From: Octopus vulgaris | Lineage: Eukaryota | Direction: 5' to 3' | Length of the DNA: 64,000 nt | NCBI GenBank assembly: GCA_951406725.2 | Contig: OX597815.1 | Coordinates: 123,442,001 to 123,506,000 of the forward strand | Shown here: piece after piece, positions 55,591 to 64,000 of the stretch | Layout of the letters: the number at the start of each line of letters is the position of its first letter | Position numbering within the stretch: position 1 is the stretch's first letter | Notes under the pieces: generated by a model | Databases searched by the model: none | The model's input: the letters and a program-made list of their open reading frames with translations, nothing else | Told to the model about the DNA's origin: nothing | Program-made: the position numbers and the translations under genes

Positions 55591-58400
55591 ATCATCATTT
55601 AACATCCGTTGTCCATTCTGGCATGGGTTGGACGGTTTGACCAGGGCTGGAAGGTTGCACCAGACTCCAGTCTGATTTGGCATGGTTTCTACAGCTGGAT
55701 GCCCTTCCTAATGCTAACCACTCCGAGAGTGTAATGGGTGATTTTACGTGCTACTGGCATGGGTGCCATTTGCATGACATTGATATCCGCCATGACTGTA
55801 ATTTTACTTGGTTTGATGGGTCTTCTCAAGCACAACACAGTCAGAGGTCTCAGTCATTGCCTCCATGAGACCCAACATTTGAAAGGAGCTCAGTCACTTT
55901 ACCTCTGTGAGGCCCAACGCTCGAAAGGTGCTTTGTATGTGCCACCAGCACAGGTGCCTGTTTCGTGACACCAGCATCAGCCACAACAATATTACCTGGC
56001 TTGACATGTCTTCTCAAGCGCAGTATATTGCCAAAAGTCTTGGTCACTAGTCATTGCCTCTGTGAGGCCCAAAGTTCAAAGATCATGCTTCACCCTCTTG
56101 TCTCATGTCTTCCTGGGTCTACCTCTACCACAAGTTCCCTCCACAGTAATCAGCACTTTTTTTACACAGCTGTCCTCATCCATATGCATCATATGATGAT
56201 ACCAGTACAGTTGTCTCTCTTGCACACCACTTCTGATGCCTCTTATGCCCAACTTTTCTCTCAAGATGCTTACACTGTCAAGCGTGAACACTGACATTGC
56301 ACATCCAGCAAAGCATATTGACTTCATTTCTTTCAAGCCTACACATATCCTTGGCTGTCACAGCCCATGTTTCACTGCCATGTAGCATAGCTGTTCACTT
56401 ACAGGCCTTTCACTCTGAGAAGGAGGCCCTTTGTTGCTAGCAGAGGTACCAGCTCTCTGAACTCTGCCCAGCCTAATGTTATTCTCACTGTTACGCTCTT
56501 GGAGCATCTACCTCCGCTACTAACTTGGTCACCTAGATAATGGAAGCTATCTACTACCTCAAGTTTATCCCCCTGTACCTATGCATCTTCCACACACAAA
56601 AGCTATTTTCCCTGTTAACCATCCTCTGATATTGCTGCACCTCTTATGTGTCCAAAGCTCACACCAGGTGCATCTTATGGAGTTTCTATCTATGCCTTTT
56701 CTACAGATCAAGCAGGGCCATCTACTTGAAGGGATTTGTGATTTGTCTGCCTTCCTACTTACTAAGACTTTGGTTTTTGCTAGGGTAACTCTAAGGCCCT
56801 TCAATTCTAGACCTCACTTCTATGCCTGCAACTACCTCTCTAGTAGGGATTCAGCTATAAGAACAAGGTCATCAGTATAGAGAAGCTCCCACGGGCAGCC
56901 TGTCTTGAATTCCTCTTATTGCCTGGAGGACTATGATGGACAAGAGGGTTTGAGCACTGATTCTTGGTGAACCCCTACTTGTACTCTGAATTCTTCGCTT
57001 AATGCCAACACTCACCTTATTGGTAGCATTCCTGTACAGAGCTTGTACAGCTCTCACCAACCACTTGTCTATCCCGAGTTTCCACACTGACCACCAGATA
57101 AGGGATTGGGAGGCCCTACCAAAGGCTTTCTCTAAGTCAGCCAAAGATAAACCTCTGTACTTGGCTTTTGTTATTTCTTCTGCAACTGCCTTACCAGAAA
57201 TATAGCATCAGTGGTACTTCTCCCTAGCACAAAACCAAACTGCGTCTCATCTAGACTTACTCTCTCCCTAATTAGTTGGGCTATGACTCTCTCCATAACT
57301 TTCATCATCAGATCCAATAATATGATACCTCTGTAATTATTTCTGCCCAAGGCATCACCTTTACCTTTGTAGCAGTTGACTAAGGCACTGCTACACCAGT
57401 CATTGGGTATGATTTTTTTGTGAACCACCTGATTTACAATATGGGTGATTAGACCATAACCCACAACACCAGATATTTTAAGCATTTCAGTGGTGATTCC
57501 TAATGGGCGGGTGGGGGGGTCTTTCCCTATCTTCATATCCTTAATTGCTTTATCTACCAAGGTACTGTCAATTCGAGTAGCTTGTCATTCAATTGGGTCA
57601 ACATTTGGCAGACTCTCCTCCACTCATTCATTCTCCACGTTCAGCAGTTCTTCATAATAGCATTTCCAAGTTTCTTTCTTTGCAGAATTATTGAATGCAA
57701 GTGCACCATCATCCATGTGGACACATTTCTCTCCTATGACATCACAATTTTCTTTCATACACTGTCTTGCAATCCGAAACACTTCTTTGGTCGTCATGTC
57801 ACTTAACATGAGCAAACTTCTTTTTTGCTTCTCCCTTGGCTAGATATACCTGTCTCCTAGCTTCCCTTATGGCTATCTGATACAGTTCCCTGCTACCCCA
57901 GGCCTTCCAGGCTTGTTTCTAATCGATCTGGCTAGCACAGTCACCTGATTTGTTGGTTATCAGGTAACTGGTTGGCTTCCTGAAATTGGTGTTTCAAATC
58001 AATAGGTTATTTGCATCACAGAACTCCAGTAACCTTGTTCCTTCTTAATTTCAGGGGCCTAAGCAGAGATAATTGTCATTATACTATTCTTCAAGACCAG
58101 CCTGAGCTTAAGTACTCTATTGCACACTCTAATTACCTCTATGACCTTATCCACCCATTTCTCTGCAAGAAGTATGCCCACACCACTTACCCCATTGCTG
58201 TTACTTCTCAGAAGGTTTTATACCTGTGTCTTGCCTATGACGAACCTGGCTGAAGCTCCTCTCCACCTTACCTCTTGGATGCAACATACATCCACACACC
58301 TCCATTCAAGTATCTCAACAATCTCACTAGACCTACCTTTCAATGTGCTTACATTGATAGTACCAAATCTGAAAATTGGGAAAGGGACATGGGAAGGAAC
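55591..58400 (-). mobile_element. Degenerate RTE-clade LINE with APE endonuclease start, RT fragments and 3'UTR
   Basis: FRFGTINVSTLKGRSSEIVEILEWRCVDVCCIQEVRWRG (APE N-terminus), YKGKGDALGRNNYRGIILLD...QFGFVLGRSTTDAIFLVRQLQ, DLEKAF, and a C-terminus/3'UTR as at 3231-4250. Many frameshifts and deletions. Confidence 0.9.
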
Positions 58401-58877
58401 ATGAGAAGGAGAGATGGTATTCAGCACCTGAAAAGAAGGTTTCAATGATTGTTTGATTACAGACGTAAGTTGTTCTTGCTTTAACCCACCACCATTCAAA
58501 TATGTTAAAATTGTTGTCCCTATTAGGAGTGAGTGCAATGTAAGCATTGTAAATAAAAGTGCTATGAGCATTGTAAATATAAGTGTTACTGCTACAAATA
58601 TAAATAGGTCAATGTTTAAATTAAATAAGTAAATGAGGTGCTATTGGTTAGTCCATTATAAATATACAGAGAAAGAAGTTTGTTAATTTACTAAGTAACA
58701 TATCTCCTTTTGGTGCATGCAGTAATGTGGATGATTGGTGGTGGTAGGGAGGGAGGGATTTATGAAGGTATGCAAGTCTTCTGGTACAGCAGCGAGGCAG
58801 GGCCCTATAGAGGTTTTCCGTATAAGATTTCTGGTATAAGTGGTGAGGGCAGGAATGGGTGGGCGCATTGCGGACAA

Positions 58878-59609
58878 GCAATGGCCAGTTTCATCTCAGG
58901 AAACAGAAATAGCAGTTAGAAAACACTAGTGAGGTAGACAGAGAGAAAGACTAGAAAGACTTTATCGCTGGGGAAATCATAACAATATTGAAAAAGACAA
59001 GTTATAAAACAAGGCGAGGATGTTTATTAATTTTAGAGAGAGAGGGAGAGATCGCTGAGGAAATCATGGCAAAGTATGGGAACACGTAAATTATGAAACA
59101 GGGAAAGAATATTGCAAGGATTTAAAAAATTATGATTTCTGAAGAATTAAAGGATTACAAGTTTCAAAAATTATTTTAAATCAAAGTACATCACATTAAC
59201 ATTTACAAGTTAGATGAATGCATGATGAACAATCAAAAACTAGAGAAATTTCTTAGCTTAGCTGGTCATTTCACATGGTATAATAGTGTCAACACCAGAG
59301 CAAGCAATGTGAAAGTTTGGAAAACCATGTGTAAAGAGTTCTTTATATAATCTACAGCCGGAAGTGGTCAAATAAATGGCCAGCTTCACCTCAGTAAATA
59401 AAAATAGCAGTAATAAAACACTAGTGAGGCACAGACAGAGAGAGAGACTTGAAAGGCTATCACTGGGGGAAATCAGGACAAAAATGAGAAAGACAAGTTA
59501 TAAAACAAGAGAATGTTTACAAATTTTAGAGAGATAGAGAGAGAAAGAGAGAGTGATCGCTGAGGAAGTCATAGCCAAGTATGGGAACACATGGGTTATG
59601 AAACAGGGA
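58878..59609. repeat. Diverged direct repeat of about 225 bp (about 58878-59104 and 59374-59609), probably RTE 5'UTR monomers
   Basis: Both copies read atggccag.ttca.ctcag...aatagcagt...aacactagtgagg...gacaagttataaaacaag...gatcgctgaggaa.tcat.gc.aagtatgggaacac...ttatgaaacaggga. Confidence 0.8.
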
Positions 59610-59929
59610 CCACTGTGATGCAAACTTCCTTACTTTCTGACTGTACCTCTAAAAGTAAACATATGCACCTTCTTCAACAAGAATATTCAATAGTGTCAAT
59701 TTTAATATTTTTCTCAGAACATCAACATTTAGTGAGAACACTTCCATCACCTAATGTCATGTTATGTTTTCTTTTTGAAATGCAATTTTTCTTTTTGCAA
59801 CACAATGCCCTTCCCATTTTCATTTCCTTTTTTTTTCTTTTTCAAGTTAACTAGATTCAAGTTTGTAACTAAAATCCATATATATCTTCACACTTTATAT
59901 GAATTATCCCTTGTTTAATGATAATTTTT

Positions 59930-60325
59930 ATCATTATCATCATTTAACGTCCTCTTTCCATGCTGGGATGGATTGGACAGTTTGACTGAGGGCTGGCATG
60001 CCAGAAGGCTGCACCAGGCTCCAATCCAATCTGGCAATGTTTCTACAGCTGGATGCCCTTCCTAACACCAACCACTCTGAGAGTGTAGTGAGTGATTTTT
60101 ACGTGCCACCAGCACAAAGGCCAGTCAGGCAGTAGTGGCATCAACCATGCTCAAATAGTGCTTTTTACATGCCACCGGCATGGATGCCAATCAGGTGGTA
60201 CTGTCATTGGCCATGAAAACGACTTCACTTGTCTCAACTAGTCTTCACAAGTGCAGTGTATTGCCCAATGATTGAATGGGGTGCTCTTAAATGGGCTGCT
60301 TATGCTGCACTTGCATAGGCCATGG
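59930..60325 (-). mobile_element. RTE 3' tail element immediately downstream of the 94-bp exon donor
   Basis: atcatcatttaacgtcctctttccatgctgggatgg...ctacagctggatgcccttcctaac blocks. Confidence 0.78.
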
Positions 60326-60353
60326 TTAAAAAAAATAAATAAATGCAACTTAC

Positions 60354-60447
60354 TTGCTTTCCATGGATGAGCTGGCTGTTTTCTTCGAATTAAGATCAAG
60401 ATGACAAACAACACTAAAGGAATAAATTGTTCAAACAGCAGAACCAA
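60354..60447 (-). CDS. ABCA2: ABCA2-like ABC transporter, coding exon (94 bp, phase 0 to 1; first TM helix): LVLLFEQFIPLVLFVILILIRRKQPAHPWKA
   Basis: Acceptor ...tttaaatttcag| and donor |gtaagt on the minus strand. The peptide aligns with the vertebrate ABCA2 N-terminus as I recall it ([25 protein letters not shown]). Phase is compatible with the next exon. The start exon was not found in the window. Confidence 0.93.
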
Positions 60448-61049
60448 CTGAAATTTAAAAAAATATATACTTAAATTAATACTGGAGGAAAAAAAAAGAA
60501 CTTACAAGATCAACATTATTTTTATTTATTTATTCTTTTGTATAATATTTTACTGATTAGCAGAAAAAGAGAAATAATCGGCTCAGAGTGTCAGCTGCCT
60601 ATATTGTTGCGTCCTTTAAGAAAGCAGCAACTTGGAATGGGAATTAGTTCTACTTGTTTAGAAATTAAAAATACTTAAAACCAATTCATACAAAGCAAAG
60701 AACAAAGACCTTTTTAAATAACAACCTTAACTATTACAGAGCATTGTTCAAAATGTACATAACTAAAATATATAATTTGTACAAAATTATATCCTTAGGC
60801 ATTGAGAATTTGATGTTTAGTATCCTTAAGTGTAAGAATGATAACTTCCAGTATATTAAGCTGTAAGATTGACAACCTTGGTAGTCAAGTTGTCATGGTG
60901 TTTTATATAAGTTTTCTAAGCACTTTTTAAACTATGAACACACATGGTAGGAAACCAACACTGTACAGAAATCCACAGATACCAAAAGTGAGCAAAACAA
61001 ATCTTTTCTTCTAAATTTATACAGATGCTCCACTGAGAATTTACCAAAT

Positions 61050-62600
61050 TAATATACTCTGCACCTATTGGATCATCTGACCAATGTCTATATGGATACC
61101 AACTCTACATCCATATACTACACAATGCTCTTCCATCTTCCAAATTCAATGGCATTTCACACCAGCTAACTGGTTTAAGCCATAGCAATTTTATGTTAAT
61201 CACTGGCATCGGCTTTGCATCATTACCAACTTGTCTGAGATAGCTAAGCAACTGACTGAAACCATCCATTTAAGCAAGTCTTCACATCCTTCACACAGCC
61301 CCACATTTCTCCAGTGGTTCACAACAGATGCATAGTAGTACAAGTAAATGGCCTACAATGACTGGAAACAATTCACTAACCTTTGTTAACTGAAGGTATT
61401 TAGCCACAACCACATCTGCAAGAACCAAAACTCAACCACCACCATCAAGAACTAGTCAGTCCTTTTAATCCATAGCCAAAACATTCGAACACCACATAAT
61501 ATTCTTACCAATTATAATGGCTCCATAAGCAGTACTCCCATGAAAAAAATGCCCACATTTGCTGACCACTTTGTAACCAATTCCACAGTACATACACTTG
61601 GTACACCTTTCCTACACCACTAATTTCACCACAATGTGTACCTATAATCCAAGCACAAAGATGCCTGTTGCTTCAATCCTACAAAATTATCTCTTGGACC
61701 AGACTTTCGGCCAGAATTTATATCAGACTGCATTGTCCCAACATGTCCTGATGAGGATCTTTCTGAACCACATAATCAAATGATATACTCTTAAGATTCA
61801 ATTATATCATACTCCTTTTTCTATATATTCTAAGACATTACTTGCTAGCATTTCTAACATCCACTCCAATATGGATATCACTTCATTCCTCCCTAACCTT
61901 CTACACACAAATAACCTAGACACTTCATATCAAACATGCACAATTTTCACAAACACAGACATTGCAAACAAGACTTCACTTGTCATTCCAGAGCACAAAT
62001 ACACAATTACTGTACATACCAAGGAAAGTTTGTACACTCTATAGTCCCGGACAATTTGCAACTAAAACCATCAAAGTCTTTACAAATGCTAGGCCTCAAA
62101 ATCACTGATCTCTTCTGTCAAATTTACATTCCAAAGACTAGCCTTCCTCTATTGAGAGCAGTTGCTGTCATTCTATAAAGCTCAAAGCTCAGAATGAAAC
62201 ATAGCTCTAAGATAAGAGACAATGCTACTGTTACACAAAAACTCTAGCTAATTTGCAAAGACATAGACCAGCACACTTCAACCTTTAACCTGCATGTGTG
62301 CTCTCTTTTACCAATTCTACTATGACTAAAACAGCCTCAACTATTTAGATCTGATAGCATCATTACCAACTTTCACCCAATCTATTCATCACTTCCTTGT
62401 ACCACTACTCCAATCCCAAACTTCACACAACCCACTATACCCAGTACTTTCTGACTATCACACTTTCTACCAATATTTTTCCTGCTGCTTTTTGACTTTA
62501 AAATGTTCAAATTTAATGCCAACAGCACCAATTTCTCCTATCCCAAAGGGCCTGTGAAAGTCATGTGAAGAATTTAAAAACTAAAATAAAAAAAATTAAA
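61050..62600 (+). mobile_element. Very degenerate CR1/Jockey-group LINE remnant
   Basis: C/A-rich sense strand. Scattered motifs LKPSKSLQMLGLKIT, QLLSFYKAQ and a terminal PTNIFPAA.D.KMFKFNAN-like stretch. Related to 6420-6830. Confidence 0.5.
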
Positions 62601-64000
62601 ATATTGCTTTCATAGGCATCAACATGAGCCTTAAACTCCTCTTGCTTGTATTATCAAACCAAACTTTTTTCAGTATTCTAACAAGGGTCTCAAACTCACT
62701 TTGTATTCATGTGATTTTAGGTTTGGTCCCACTAAATAGCAAGTGATTTGGCTGTATTTTCCAACTGACTAAAGTTTTTTCTAAATGAAATTTGGTAGAC
62801 TAAAATTGTCTGGAGAGACTTTCATGTGTGGGTGTTGGTGGGTGCTGTGTGCATGCTGGTGTAAAATGGTGCAGCAAGTTGCTTCTTTTTAGCAACAAAA
62901 TGTTATTTAGCCAACTGACAGATTGGATAGCTGCAGTCCAATAACTGACACTAGTAAGAAGAGAAATTACTATTAGATTAACATTCAAACTGAAAAACTA
63001 AGAAGCAAGTTTCCAACAGCCAAGTCTGATTTCAGATCCCATTCCAAGTCTTCTTTTCACCTGACTTATATCACTAAATAATTATGAAAGGAATTAATAT
63101 CAAAACCCTTGATGCCTTCTATCCTACTGAATACATCTGACCATGAATCAAAGCCATTCATTGTTATTTACACTATTAAGATAAAAATTATTTTTATTTT
63201 TATGATTTAAAAAAAAATATATATATATATATGGTAATTAATATTCACATATACAAATGAAACTTTTCTAATACAAACCAAGCATGTGACTAGATGTTTG
63301 TTAAACCAGAACTGTAAATAGAAGCCATCAGGATAATCAAACATCAAGTTGCCAAATGTTAATTAGGCAGAAAGAACATAAAACTCAGAAGGTTCAAAAT
63401 ATAATTGTTATTCTATATTGATGTTTTAGGTTTACTGGTGCCAAAAATATTGGCCTGTGCTGAAGTTTAGCAGTTGGATTAAGCAGTTTGGAAAATTCAT
63501 CAAAATGCCAGTAAGTTATTAAATAAATTTACTTAAAGTGAATATTTTCTGGCAAATTGTACAATTCAAAATTATAGGTACTCCACTACTTTAAAAATAT
63601 CTAAAAAGAAAAATAAAGGCTTGACTTATAACTTTATGTGCATCACAAAGCATCTTAATTTAACAAAAATGATGTTCAAGTGGTCAGCTCAATTTTAAAA
63701 ATTTTGTTTTTATTACACTTAACACCTTCCTAAGATTTTTTCAATAAAATATATTACTTCTGAGAGTACAAGCAGGTTTTTTAACCAGAAAATAAAATTT
63801 ATTTTCCTATTGATAGAATATTGCTCAATTATTGACTCATTTGTCATTCGTTTATACTGAATGAAAATGTATATTTAGCAGGTTCAATAAAAAATATATT
63901 TAAGAGATTTTCAGCTCACAACTGTTTAAATAAAAATAAAATCAATTGTGACTATAGGTTGAAAAGAAAATAAGTTGTAGCAAATAATATGAATTAATTT

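Noticed and set aside
60238-60353. Extension of ORF 60238-60447 beyond the exon
   Set aside because: A GTAAGT donor at 60353 ends the ABCA similarity. The remainder is intron and RTE tail.
60448-64000. First coding exon of the ABCA2-like gene (expected LLLWKN motif)
   Set aside because: No minus-strand WKN-type motif with a donor site was found. It probably lies beyond the window.

Overview
AT-rich, repeat-dense eukaryotic DNA. The SINE, RTE and microsatellite content resembles an octopus (coleoid cephalopod) genome; this is inference from repeat families. No prokaryotic genes, operons or CRISPR arrays are present. The window appears to lie inside one minus-strand gene, an ABCA2-like ABC-A lipid transporter. 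Three small coding exons (60354-60447, 43899-44010, 8259-8416) have canonical AG/GT sites and compatible phases and splice into one reading frame resembling the N-terminus of vertebrate ABCA2. The introns (about 16.3 kb and 35.5 kb) are filled with transposons: a full-length dead DD34D mariner, a DD37D-like fragment, a piggyBac-type MITE, LINE remnants of several clades (CR1-group, RTE, L1/Tx1, Dong/R4), many tRNA-derived SINEs, and a roughly 14.5 kb strand-polarised (TA/CA)n microsatellite field with a 100-N gap. All very long ORFs in the track are microsatellite artefacts. The most unusual items are (1) a fold-back element in which each arm is a tRNA-like Pol III head followed by a Penelope-type minimal hammerhead ribozyme, flanked by a probable target-site duplication, and (2) a co-varying two-hairpin 3' motif shared by the CR1-group LINE and several SINE tails.
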